From assembly GCA_047638815.1 (NCBI GenBank), contig JBLIMR010000002.1, positions 168,945-232,944 of the forward strand: 64,000 nt of DNA, read 5' to 3'. The notes below the pieces were generated by a model. That model had not been told where the DNA came from. It searched no databases and saw nothing but the letters and a program-made list of their open reading frames with translations. This DNA is from Gammaproteobacteria bacterium. GTDB taxonomy: Bacteria; Bacteroidota; Bacteroidia; Flavobacteriales_D; JABDKJ01. This document shows positions 21,648 to 30,782 of the stretch, piece after piece. The first letter of the stretch is position 1. The number at the start of each line of letters is the position of its first letter. The position numbers were made by a program, and so were the translations under genes.

Positions 21648-22523
21648 TTAACTCCCACATCCACAATCGATAGATTGCCACAATATTTTTTTGGCTAAAA
21701 TCTTATTGGCCAATTTCAATTTGGATGCTTTTTTAATGCTTGAATTATTCACATGTAAATGAATTTTCTTCATGCTTGGGGTACTTAATAGGTCTTTCAA
21801 GTTATTAATTTCATTTGGGTAGTCTATCAAATTGACATTGAGATTAACCGGCCAATCCCAGGAAAAAGGATCTGTTCTGACACCATTGTAATTTGCAAGA
21901 TAAACGGTTTCAATATTTGGGATTTTCAACACCGATGGAGGAATGCTGTTAAACGAATTGTTACAGAGATCCAATACTTTTAAGCGATTAAGGTTTGCAA
22001 TTTCCAGAGGCAAATCTTCGAGATCATTTTGACGTAAAAACAATCCTTCCAAATTTTTCAAATTAGAAATCTCTTCAGGGATATCTTTAATAATACAGCT
22101 GGAAAGTGATAGACCTTTTAATCTTTCCATTTTCGTAAGACCTATTGGGAAAGTTCTAAAATCAAATCTTGACAATTGTAGATATTCCAAATGGTGTAGT
22201 TGAGTAAGAGACTCCTCGTTAATCTTAATCTCAACAGGATCATGAATTTCCCCATTAATTTTTAAAACCAAAGGCCTTGCTTCTACGATAAGGTGTTTGA
22301 GATTTTTAAATTTCAAAATATCCTCATTGGGAAATTCGCTATCATTATAATTATTCAGGTAGAGAATTTCAACTTCCTCTGGGACTTGCTTATTGGCCCA
22401 GTGTATATTTTTGTTTTGATGATATCGAAATATTTCCTTCTCGACATCGACAGATTGCCCGGTTGTTTTTAGGCATACAAAAAAGAGGATGGAGAAAAAA
22501 ACAATGGATGATTTCAGGTTCAA
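21648..22523 (-). CDS. secreted leucine-rich-repeat protein
   Basis: Signal peptide followed by about 7 LxxLxLxxN/CxL repeats (LKGLSLSSCIIKDIP, LEGLFLRQNDLEDLP, LKVLDLCNNSFNSIP). TTG start. Confidence 0.7.
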   Translation of the reverse strand: MNLKSSIVFFSILFFVCLKTTGQSVDVEKEIFRYHQNKNIHWANKQVPEEVEILYLNNYNDSEFPNEDILKFKNLKHLIVEARPLVLKINGEIHDPVEIKINEESLTQLHHLEYLQLSRFDFRTFPIGLTKMERLKGLSLSSCIIKDIPEEISNLKNLEGLFLRQNDLEDLPLEIANLNRLKVLDLCNNSFNSIPPSVLKIPNIETVYLANYNGVRTDPFSWDWPVNLNVNLIDYPNEINNLKDLLSTPSMKKIHLHVNNSSIKKASKLKLANKILAKKILWQSIDCGCGS

Positions 22524-22581
22524 AATTGAGGCTTAATTTTCCCCTAAGTTAATCAAACTGATTGAGAATGAGATGAAGTCA

Positions 22582-23796
22582 TTAAACCAAAATGGGAATT
22601 ACCTTCTTCAAACCTTTAACAAGAGCATCCACATCTTCGATATTGTTATATATAGAAAGAGACGCTCTAACAGTTCCTGAGATCCCTAATCTATCCATTA
22701 AAGGTTCTGTACAATGATTTCCCGTCCGAACAGCAATACCCATTTTATCTAGTAGCACACCTATGTCATATGGGTGTATCTCGCCAATCAAAAATGAGAC
22801 AACCGACACTTTGTTTATAGAAGTTCCGTATATTTTCAAGCCTTCAATGCTCAAAAGAGACTTAGTTAGATAATCAAGTAACTCTTCTTCATGTTTCTGA
22901 ATCTCCTCCCAAGGGTATGAGTTCACAAAATCTATAGATGCCCCAAGTCCAATTATTCCCGAGATATTCGGAGTCCCCGCTTCAAATTTAAATGGCAAAG
23001 AATTGTAGGTTGTCTTTTCAAAAGTAACACAAGAAATCATTTCTCCACCTCCCATAAAAGGAGGCATTTCTTCTAAGAGATTCTCCTTACCATACAAAAT
23101 TCCAATTCCAGTTGGTCCGTATAATTTATGTCCTGAAAAACAATAGAAATCACAATCTAGCGCTTGTACATCTACTGGAATATGAGCCACTGCCTGCGCT
23201 CCATCAAGAACAACTTTAGCTCCAACTTCATGTGCAAGTTCGATAATCTTATCCACTGGATTTAACGTTCCTAGGGTATTTGAAACATGATTTATGGAGA
23301 TTATTTTCGTCTTAGAGCTTAGAATTTTTTCAAACTCATCAAGCATCAACTCCCCATCATCATTAATAGGAATAACTTTTATCGTTGCTCCTTTCTCTTC
23401 ACAAATCAATTGCCATGGAACAATGTTTGAGTGATGTTCCAATGAGGATAAGATGACTTCATCTCCTTTTCCCAAGACTTTTCTACCGTAACTATTGGCA
23501 ATAAGATTAATGGATCCTGTGGTACCAGAAGTGAAAATTACCTCTTCGATTTTCTTCGCATTGATGAAAGATTTGCATTTGACTCTGCTGGCTTCCATGG
23601 CATTTGTAGCCGTGACGCTAAGATGATGCACCCCTCTATGGACATTGCTATTGTATGATTTATAGTATTTGTCAATGGCATCAATAACCAAATTAGGCTT
23701 TTGAGTTGTGGCAGCATTATCAAGATACACTAAAGGATAAGCATTAACCTCTTGATTTAATATCGGAAATTCATTTCGAACGAGTTTCAAGTCCAT
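22582..23796 (-). CDS. sufS: cysteine desulfurase SufS
   Basis: PLP lysine motif FSGHKLYGPTGIG and active-site RTGNHCTEPL. It is the last gene of the suf operon. Confidence 0.9.
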   Translation of the reverse strand: MDLKLVRNEFPILNQEVNAYPLVYLDNAATTQKPNLVIDAIDKYYKSYNSNVHRGVHHLSVTATNAMEASRVKCKSFINAKKIEEVIFTSGTTGSINLIANSYGRKVLGKGDEVILSSLEHHSNIVPWQLICEEKGATIKVIPINDDGELMLDEFEKILSSKTKIISINHVSNTLGTLNPVDKIIELAHEVGAKVVLDGAQAVAHIPVDVQALDCDFYCFSGHKLYGPTGIGILYGKENLLEEMPPFMGGGEMISCVTFEKTTYNSLPFKFEAGTPNISGIIGLGASIDFVNSYPWEEIQKHEEELLDYLTKSLLSIEGLKIYGTSINKVSVVSFLIGEIHPYDIGVLLDKMGIAVRTGNHCTEPLMDRLGISGTVRASLSIYNNIEDVDALVKGLKKVIPILV

Positions 23797-23832
23797 TCCT
23801 TTGATTTTTTACAGCTTTAAGACAAGCCGCTA

Positions 23833-25107
23833 TTACATTTTGTTCGAGACTAATTCTCTAACAGCTTCGATTGTACAGTGGTCCACAACTTCGGATAAGA
23901 ATGCCTCGGTTAATAGCTTCTTGGCATTTTGTTTTTTAATGCCCCTCGCCATTAGATAGAACATAGCATCTTCATCAAACTGTCCGGTGGTAGATCCATG
24001 ACTGCATTTTACATCATCAGCATAAATTTCCAGCTCTGGTTTTGAGTTAATGTTTGCATCATCACTCATCAATATGTTGGCATTTGTCTGATAAGCATTT
24101 GTTCGTTGAGCATCCGGTTCAACAATAACCTTTCCGTTAAAGACAGCACGACCTTTATCATATATAATTCCTTTGTAGAGCTCATTTGATTCACCATCAG
24201 GCTCACAGTGATCAACCAATGTGTGATTATCGATATGTTCTTTGTTCTTAGGATTATACAAACCATATAGATCCGTATTTGTTCCTTGTCCCTTGGCGTA
24301 AATGTCAAGATTATTTCTAATCCATCCACCCGTTAAAGAAAACGTATTGATACTGAAAAAGCTATCTCTACCTTGTGTTACTGCTTCATTAGAAATATGA
24401 AATGCAGCATCAGATTCCATTTGTAATTTATCGATAGATAAATGAGCGTTGGCTTTAACAACAACTTCCGTGACTTGATTACAAAATACGGCATCCTCAC
24501 TGTCAGAAATAAAACTCTGAATAATGTCTGCTTTTGTATTCGCTTCAGCCACAAAAAGATTTCGTGATTGGGCAGCAACTTTACTATCGTTCGTAATGTT
24601 TACAACATGAACAGGTTTTTCAATATTACCTTTAACGTGAATGAAAATTCCATCTTCACAATACGCTGTGTTTAGTGCTGTAAAGATTTCCGTTTTGTGT
24701 TTTGCAATAGTTCCGAAATACGAATGAAAAACATCAAGATTTTTCCCGGCCAGAAGGCTAAGTGGTAAGACTGTAATGATATCGTTTTCAATAGTCGTAG
24801 AAAGATCAGCTCTATAAAAGCCATTCACAAAGACTACTTCCGTTGCATCCAATCCTGGAATATGATATTTTTTCGAATCAAAACTTTCATCATTTCTGAC
24901 AACACTGAATTGTTGCCCGATGATTTTATTGACACGAGTGTACTTCCAAGCCTCTGTTTTTGAAGTCGGAAATTCAAGATTTTTTAAGGCCTCTTGCGCC
25001 TCTTTAGTAATATCGTTTCCAAACACTTTCACGTCACTTTTAAGTGCACTGAAATTTGCTAAAAACTGATCTTTCTTTGAGATGATATTTTCCACTATAC
25101 TATCCAT
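23833..25107 (-). CDS. sufD: Fe-S cluster assembly protein SufD
   Basis: Lies between sufC and sufS, with a C-terminal SufBD beta-helix region (LMSDDANINSKPELEIYADDVKCSHGSTTG). The ATG at 25107 is preferred to the TTG one codon upstream. Confidence 0.85.
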   Translation of the reverse strand: MDSIVENIISKKDQFLANFSALKSDVKVFGNDITKEAQEALKNLEFPTSKTEAWKYTRVNKIIGQQFSVVRNDESFDSKKYHIPGLDATEVVFVNGFYRADLSTTIENDIITVLPLSLLAGKNLDVFHSYFGTIAKHKTEIFTALNTAYCEDGIFIHVKGNIEKPVHVVNITNDSKVAAQSRNLFVAEANTKADIIQSFISDSEDAVFCNQVTEVVVKANAHLSIDKLQMESDAAFHISNEAVTQGRDSFFSINTFSLTGGWIRNNLDIYAKGQGTNTDLYGLYNPKNKEHIDNHTLVDHCEPDGESNELYKGIIYDKGRAVFNGKVIVEPDAQRTNAYQTNANILMSDDANINSKPELEIYADDVKCSHGSTTGQFDEDAMFYLMARGIKKQNAKKLLTEAFLSEVVDHCTIEAVRELVSNKM

Positions 25108-25120
25108 CAATATTTTTATC

Positions 25121-25864
25121 TCAATTGTTTTTTATCCAATCGTAACCTTTCTCTTCCATCTCCAAAGCCAACTCTTTTTTCCCTGACTTTACAATTTTAC
25201 CATCGTGTAAAACATGAACGAAATCAGGTATAATATAATCCAGTAATCTTTGGTAATGAGTGATTATCAGAAAAGCTCTTTCAGCACTTCGCATGGTGTT
25301 AACACCTTGAGCAACTACCTGAAGGGCATCAATATCAAGACCAGAATCAGTCTCGTCAAGAATGGCGAATTTTGGTTGAAGCATAGCCATCTGAAAAATA
25401 TCATTTCGCTTTTTCTCTCCACCTGAAAAACCTTCGTTTACCGATCGGTTTTTTAGTTTACCATCTAAACCTACAAGGGCTGAATTTTCTTTAACCTGCC
25501 CTAGAAATTCTTTTGCTGATATTGGATCTTGTCCAAGGTAATTTCTCTTTTCGTTAATCGCTGTTTTCAAAAAATTAACATTGCTAACTCCTGGTATTTC
25601 AACCGGATATTGAAAGGCCAGAAACAAGCCTTCTTTTGCACGTTCATCGATTTCCATATCCAATAGATCTTGACCAAGAAACTCAACAGATCCCTCAGTG
25701 ATTTCATAGTCATCTCTACCGGCTAACACAGATGCTAAAGTACTTTTACCTGATCCGTTCGGGCCCATAATCGCATGAATTTCCCCGGCTTTAATTTCAA
25801 GGTTAACCCCTTTAAGGATTTCTACCCCATCAACACTCGCATGAAGATTTTTAATTGTAATCAT
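25121..25864 (-). CDS. sufC: Fe-S cluster assembly ATPase SufC
   Basis: Walker A GPNGSGKST, ABC signature FSGGEKKR and Walker B ILDETDSGLD. Confidence 0.95.
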   Translation of the reverse strand: MITIKNLHASVDGVEILKGVNLEIKAGEIHAIMGPNGSGKSTLASVLAGRDDYEITEGSVEFLGQDLLDMEIDERAKEGLFLAFQYPVEIPGVSNVNFLKTAINEKRNYLGQDPISAKEFLGQVKENSALVGLDGKLKNRSVNEGFSGGEKKRNDIFQMAMLQPKFAILDETDSGLDIDALQVVAQGVNTMRSAERAFLIITHYQRLLDYIIPDFVHVLHDGKIVKSGKKELALEMEEKGYDWIKNN

Positions 25865-25889
25865 TCTTTCTAATGGTTTCTTTTTCTAT

Positions 25890-27332
25890 TTATCCAACAG
25901 AGTTTTCCAAGGAAATCTCCAATAATTTTTGTGCTTCAACTGCAAACTCCATAGGTAGTTTATTCAACACTTCTTTAGCATATCCATTTACGATTAGGCT
26001 TATCGCCTTCTCTTCGGAAATACCTCTTTGCTTGCAATAAAATATTTTGTCTTCTCCAATTTTTGAAGTGGTGGCTTCGTGCTCAACCATAGAACTTTGA
26101 TTGTTCACTTCAATGTATGGGAATGTATGCGCTCCACAATGATCTGTCATTAAGAGAGAATCACATTGACTGAAGTTTCGAGAGTTTGTTGCATTTTTAG
26201 AAATTTGCACTAAACCCCTATAAGAGTTCTGGCTACTTCCAGATGAAATACCTTTTGATATAATAGTGCTCTTAGTATTTTTACCAAGGTGAATCATTTT
26301 AGTTCCAGTATCTGCCTGTTGGAAATTGTTGGTCACTGCCACGGAGAAAAATTCTCCTATTGAGTTGTCCCCTTTCAAGATGCATGATGGATATTTCCAT
26401 GTTACTGCAGATCCAGTTTCAACTTGTGTCCAAGAGATTTTTGAACTTCTATGGCAAATCCCTCTTTTAGTTACAAAGTTAAATACCCCTCCCTTTCCAT
26501 TTTTGTCACCAGGGTACCAGTTCTGTACAGTAGAGTACTTTATCTCAGCATCGTCAAGCGCTACTAGCTCGACAACAGCTGCATGAAGTTGGTTTTCGTC
26601 TCTTTGAGGTGCAGTGCAACCTTCAAGATAACTCACGTAACTTCCTTCATCAGCGATTAATAATGTTCTTTCAAACTGTCCTGTTCCAGCCTCATTTATT
26701 CTAAAATACGTTGAAAGTTCCATTGGACATTTTGTTCCTTTTGGGATATAGCAAAATGATCCATCGGTAAATACAGCAGAATTCAATGCTGCGTAAAAAT
26801 TGTCAGTTTTAGGAACGACAGACCCCAAATATTTTTGCACCAATTTTGGATGTTCAGCAATGGCTTCACTCATTGAGCAAAAAATAATGCCCAGCTCACC
26901 TAGCTTTTCTTTAAAGGAGGTAGCAACAGAAACAGAGTCCATCACGAAATCTACGGCAACACCGGTTAACTTCTTTTGCTCTTCAAGAGAAATTCCAAGT
27001 TTCTCCATTGTTTTGAGTAATTCTGGATCTACTTCGTCCAAGCTATCTAGTACTTTTTTCGCTTTTGGCGCTGAATAATAAGAAATGGCTTGAAAATCAG
27101 GTTTATTGTAACGCACATGTGCCCATTCAGGCTCAGTCATTTTTTGCCAGACGGCCAAGGCATCAAGCCTCCAGTCCAACAACCATTGAGGTTCATTTTT
27201 CTTGGAAGAGATAAGCCTAACAACATCCTCCGTTAGCCCGGGATCAATGGTATCTGATTCTATATCAGTTTGGAAGCCAAACTCATAATCTTTATTGGTT
27301 ACCTCTTTTAATAATTCGTCTTCGGTACTCAT
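25890..27332 (-). CDS. sufB: Fe-S cluster assembly scaffold SufB
   Basis: 480 aa with conserved SufB C-terminal motifs ([24 protein letters not shown]). Confidence 0.95.
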   Translation of the reverse strand: MSTEDELLKEVTNKDYEFGFQTDIESDTIDPGLTEDVVRLISSKKNEPQWLLDWRLDALAVWQKMTEPEWAHVRYNKPDFQAISYYSAPKAKKVLDSLDEVDPELLKTMEKLGISLEEQKKLTGVAVDFVMDSVSVATSFKEKLGELGIIFCSMSEAIAEHPKLVQKYLGSVVPKTDNFYAALNSAVFTDGSFCYIPKGTKCPMELSTYFRINEAGTGQFERTLLIADEGSYVSYLEGCTAPQRDENQLHAAVVELVALDDAEIKYSTVQNWYPGDKNGKGGVFNFVTKRGICHRSSKISWTQVETGSAVTWKYPSCILKGDNSIGEFFSVAVTNNFQQADTGTKMIHLGKNTKSTIISKGISSGSSQNSYRGLVQISKNATNSRNFSQCDSLLMTDHCGAHTFPYIEVNNQSSMVEHEATTSKIGEDKIFYCKQRGISEEKAISLIVNGYAKEVLNKLPMEFAVEAQKLLEISLENSVG

Positions 27333-27355
27333 AAGTTCTTGGAAATATGTTGAAA

Positions 27356-27682
27356 TTATACGGCAAAGCTCTCACCGCAACCACATGTTCTATTGGCATT
27401 CGGATTGATAAATACGAACCCTTTTCCATTTAGGCCACCAGAATAATCGAGTTCTGTACCTACTAGATAAAGGAAGCTTTTCTTATCAACTACAACTTTT
27501 ACATTGTTGTCCTCCAGCACTTTATCGTTTTCGCTCAATGTTTGGTCAAACTCTAGATTATACATCAAACCTGAGCATCCACCACCCTTAACACCCACCC
27601 GAACAAAAGAGTCCGTTGCAGTATTTTCTTCAGATAGAATCTGCGTAATTCTCTCCTTCGCGTTATCGCTTACTTTTATCAT
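27356..27682 (-). CDS. IscA/SufA/HesB-family Fe-S carrier
   Basis: 108 aa with GGGCSG and C-terminal CGCGESF cysteines. It is the first gene of the suf operon. Confidence 0.85.
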   Translation of the reverse strand: MIKVSDNAKERITQILSEENTATDSFVRVGVKGGGCSGLMYNLEFDQTLSENDKVLEDNNVKVVVDKKSFLYLVGTELDYSGGLNGKGFVFINPNANRTCGCGESFAV

Positions 27683-27706
27683 TTATACCTACTTAAAAAG
27701 TGTCCG

Positions 27707-27714
27707 CAAATATA
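27707..27714 (-). promoter_or_regulatory. candidate -7 box (TATATTTG) for the suf operon
   Basis: Perfect TAnnTTTG on the minus strand, 25 nt upstream of the ATG at 27682. No well-spaced -33 TTG is present. Confidence 0.35.
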
Positions 27715-27772
27715 ATCATTATTTAGACAAATTCTAAATAAGGAATCGGAGCAATACTATTATCTTTGGCGA

Positions 27773-28813
27773 ATGGAAAAAAGGACGCTTAACGAGCTTG
27801 GGGAATTTGGTCTAATTGAGACAATAACTAAGGACCTAGTTCTTACACAAGACACTACCATAAAGGGAGTTGGTGATGATGCCGCGGTTATCGATAGTGG
27901 TGAGAGATATCAGTTATTGGGAACGGATATGTTGGTTGAAGGGGTACATTTTGATCTAAGATATGTACCGCTGAAACATCTAGGATATAAGGCTGTGGTT
28001 GTAAATCTTTCTGATATCTATGCGATGAATGGTCGACCAGAGCAGATTACAGTTTCCATAGCACTGTCGAGCCGCTTCACATTGGAGGCGATAGAGGAGC
28101 TGTATGAGGGCATTAGATTGGCCTGTAAAATCTATAATGTTGATCTAGTTGGTGGTGACACGAGTACTTCTATCTCTGGTTTGATGATAAGTATTTCAGC
28201 CCTTGGAACTGTTGCTAAGGACAAGGTGTGTTATCGTGATGGTGCAAATGTTGGAGATCTTATTGTGGCCAGTGGAGATTTTGGAGGTGCGTATATGGGG
28301 CTTCAACTCCTAGAACGTGAGAAAGCAGTTTTTCTAGCAACGAAGGGAGTTGGTGTACAACCTGAACTTACAGGATTTGATTATATTCTTGAGCGGCAGT
28401 TGAAACCTGAAGCCCGTAAAGATGTTATTGATCAGTTAACGGATTTGAAAATACAACCCACATCCATGATTGATGTTTCTGATGGATTGGCTTCGGAATG
28501 TATTCATATTGCCAGGCAAAGTGATGTAGGGATTACTTTATATGAAGAAAAAATTCCTATTGATCCAATGACCTACGAAACGGCAAGAGAATTTGGTTTA
28601 GATCCAACGACCTGTACGATGAATGGTGGAGAGGATTATGAATTGTTGTTCACGATCAAGCAGGACGATTACGAAAAGATCGCGGCCAATATGCTTTTAA
28701 AAGTTATCGGTCATTGCACCGAAAAGGAAGAAGGTTATAAGCTTGTGTTGAAAGATAGTAGTGTTCATCCTTTTACAGCACAAGGTTGGGATACTTTTTT
28801 GAAGGCAGACTAA
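27773..28813 (+). CDS. thiL: thiamine-monophosphate kinase
   Basis: N-terminal LGEFGLIE...GVGDDAAV motif and AIR-synthase-like fold motifs (GGDT, GGEDYELLF). Confidence 0.85.
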   Translation: MEKRTLNELGEFGLIETITKDLVLTQDTTIKGVGDDAAVIDSGERYQLLGTDMLVEGVHFDLRYVPLKHLGYKAVVVNLSDIYAMNGRPEQITVSIALSSRFTLEAIEELYEGIRLACKIYNVDLVGGDTSTSISGLMISISALGTVAKDKVCYRDGANVGDLIVASGDFGGAYMGLQLLEREKAVFLATKGVGVQPELTGFDYILERQLKPEARKDVIDQLTDLKIQPTSMIDVSDGLASECIHIARQSDVGITLYEEKIPIDPMTYETAREFGLDPTTCTMNGGEDYELLFTIKQDDYEKIAANMLLKVIGHCTEKEEGYKLVLKDSSVHPFTAQGWDTFLKAD

Positions 28814-28817
28814 ATTA

Positions 28818-30332
28818 TCAGCTTCCGTTTCTATATTTAGGATAGGCTTCTTCTTGAGATTTATTTCTTGCCCAAGCTTCAAAATCGAAGTACTCAAATG
28901 CACTTTGTGAGAACGGATTTGTTTTCAAACTTTTCATTTCATCAGCATACCCTTCATAGAGCACTTTTCTATAGGCCTCTTTTCGGGTCTTAACCACTTT
29001 AGATATTAAATCAATGAATGCGTTTTCGAATTCATCAAGTCTCTTTCTGGTTGATAAATAGCGTTTTAGGGATTTTAATGCATGAATGATATAATCGTCA
29101 TTGGATAATTCTACGTGTATAATCATATGTAGAATTTTCGCATAACAATATTGATCTTCAGCTTCATTTATCCTGACTTCATTTAGAATTTTATTTATCC
29201 AAAATAGGGCTTTTGAATGATCGCCAACGCCAAAATAAATTAATCCTAATGAATAATAAATTCCTGCCAATTTGGTTGAGTTGATTTCATCTTCAAACTG
29301 TGATAAACCTTGCTCAATTTCCGGGATAAATTTTAAGCCATCATCATATTCTGTCCGCATTATATGAGAGGCTAAATTCACCAAGCACCTGTCCGCAAAT
29401 ATTCTCATTTGCAATTCTTTGCCATCATATTGCTTTGCATAAAGTAGCTCGAGTTCAACAAGATATTTATCCGTTTCCTTATCCTTTTTTAATTTTCTAC
29501 TCAAGTATATTGCGTTCGTTAAAATGGACAACATGATGTTGGGTTCGGAAGAAAAATATTCCTTATTGCTTCTCACCAATTCATGATTTTTCTTCATGAG
29601 GGCATATGATTTTTTGGGATCAAGCACACAAAAATAGTATGCACTCATGGTGTGATTATGCAGATATTCGCCTTCAAGGTCCAGGGACATTTGTTTCTTT
29701 GAAGGCAGTTTTTTTATGATGTCTATATAGTGGAGAATATCTTCTTCGCTTCTTGCCTTACCTTTGCCATAAAGCTTCAGGAGCACTTTGCTTTTCACAT
29801 CCCATATAACATGATAAGACTTTATCTTTTCAAGAGAAGCTGTGTCTGCATCGCATATTTCATCAATTACTTTTAGATCAACATTTTCATAATTGAATTG
29901 TACAGCTATTTTTTTCTCCCACTTGGAAATCTGTAAAAAGGTATGATGAAGATCATTACTCAACGCGATTTTCTTGGCAGATTTAATAATTTTAGAACAT
30001 TGATCGAAAAGACCCTTTTCATACAAAAGCTCAATATTTTGAATTTTGTCTTTGACTTGTTTTTCAATTGATTTCTCAGAATGAAATTGATTGAGTGTCT
30101 TTAGAATATGATTATAGAGTCTGTTTTTTATAACCGCTATGTTCCCTCTTTTTTGATTAGGTAGGATCTTACTTAGTATATCATCTTCAGAAAGATTCTT
30201 TTTCGTTTTAATAAGATCAAAAAGCTGAGTCAATTGCTCGTTATGAGCCATAGACATTTTGAAGTATCTCTTTTCACTTTTAGTGAGCGAATGAATGAGA
30301 TCATATAAATGGTTATTTGTGGCAGTGGGCAT
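28818..30332 (-). CDS. all-helical (TPR-like) protein of unknown function
   Basis: 504-aa uninterrupted ORF with no signal peptide. Its N-terminus is LYDLIHSLTKSEKRYFK and the remainder is helical-repeat-like. I recognise no catalytic motifs. Confidence 0.5.
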   Translation of the reverse strand: MPTATNNHLYDLIHSLTKSEKRYFKMSMAHNEQLTQLFDLIKTKKNLSEDDILSKILPNQKRGNIAVIKNRLYNHILKTLNQFHSEKSIEKQVKDKIQNIELLYEKGLFDQCSKIIKSAKKIALSNDLHHTFLQISKWEKKIAVQFNYENVDLKVIDEICDADTASLEKIKSYHVIWDVKSKVLLKLYGKGKARSEEDILHYIDIIKKLPSKKQMSLDLEGEYLHNHTMSAYYFCVLDPKKSYALMKKNHELVRSNKEYFSSEPNIMLSILTNAIYLSRKLKKDKETDKYLVELELLYAKQYDGKELQMRIFADRCLVNLASHIMRTEYDDGLKFIPEIEQGLSQFEDEINSTKLAGIYYSLGLIYFGVGDHSKALFWINKILNEVRINEAEDQYCYAKILHMIIHVELSNDDYIIHALKSLKRYLSTRKRLDEFENAFIDLISKVVKTRKEAYRKVLYEGYADEMKSLKTNPFSQSAFEYFDFEAWARNKSQEEAYPKYRNGS

Positions 30333-30463
30333 ACCTTAAAGGTAGTCCAAACAGGGGGTAAATGCTTGCCAATTAAACAAACGGTATTACTTTAAGAAGT
30401 AACGGTTAAAAATTTAAAATTAGGGGTAATTTGAAGAGGAAATAGCGCTTAAGTTGCTAATTA

Positions 30464-30715
30464 TTAGTCTTTACGTTCTTCTTCTTCTTCGTCATCATCA
30501 TCTTCATCGTCAGTTACATCATCATCATCCACAACAATATCCTCTGTTCGAGCATCATTATCTATAATAACAAGAGCATTAGTAGATTTAGCTGCATCGA
30601 AAGATTCCAGATCATCAAAAGTCTCTAACTCAGTCTTAGTACAAGAACTTAAGCCAAAAGCCATGAATAGCGCCAGGACGGCTAAAAGGGACAATATTTT
30701 TCTTATTTTATTCAA
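30464..30715 (-). CDS. small lipoprotein with poly-Asp/Glu C-terminal tail
   Basis: TTG start gives the signal MNKIRKILSLLAVLALFMAFGLSSC (lipobox LSSC). The tail is DIVVDDDDVTDDEDDDDEEEEERKD. A complete promoter lies 20 nt upstream. Confidence 0.5.
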   Translation of the reverse strand: MNKIRKILSLLAVLALFMAFGLSSCTKTELETFDDLESFDAAKSTNALVIIDNDARTEDIVVDDDDVTDDEDDDDEEEEERKD

Positions 30716-30735
30716 CGAATAATTGATTTACAACA

Positions 30736-30765
30736 CAAATATAGTAAAATCCATCTAGACTTCAA
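30736..30765 (-). promoter_or_regulatory. Bacteroidetes promoter TTG-N19-TATATTTG
   Basis: On the minus strand, TTG (30763-30765), a 19-nt spacer and a perfect TAnnTTTG (30736-30743). It sits between the kinase stop and the acidic lipoprotein start. Confidence 0.45.
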
Positions 30766-30782
30766 AATATTTTTAACGCTTA

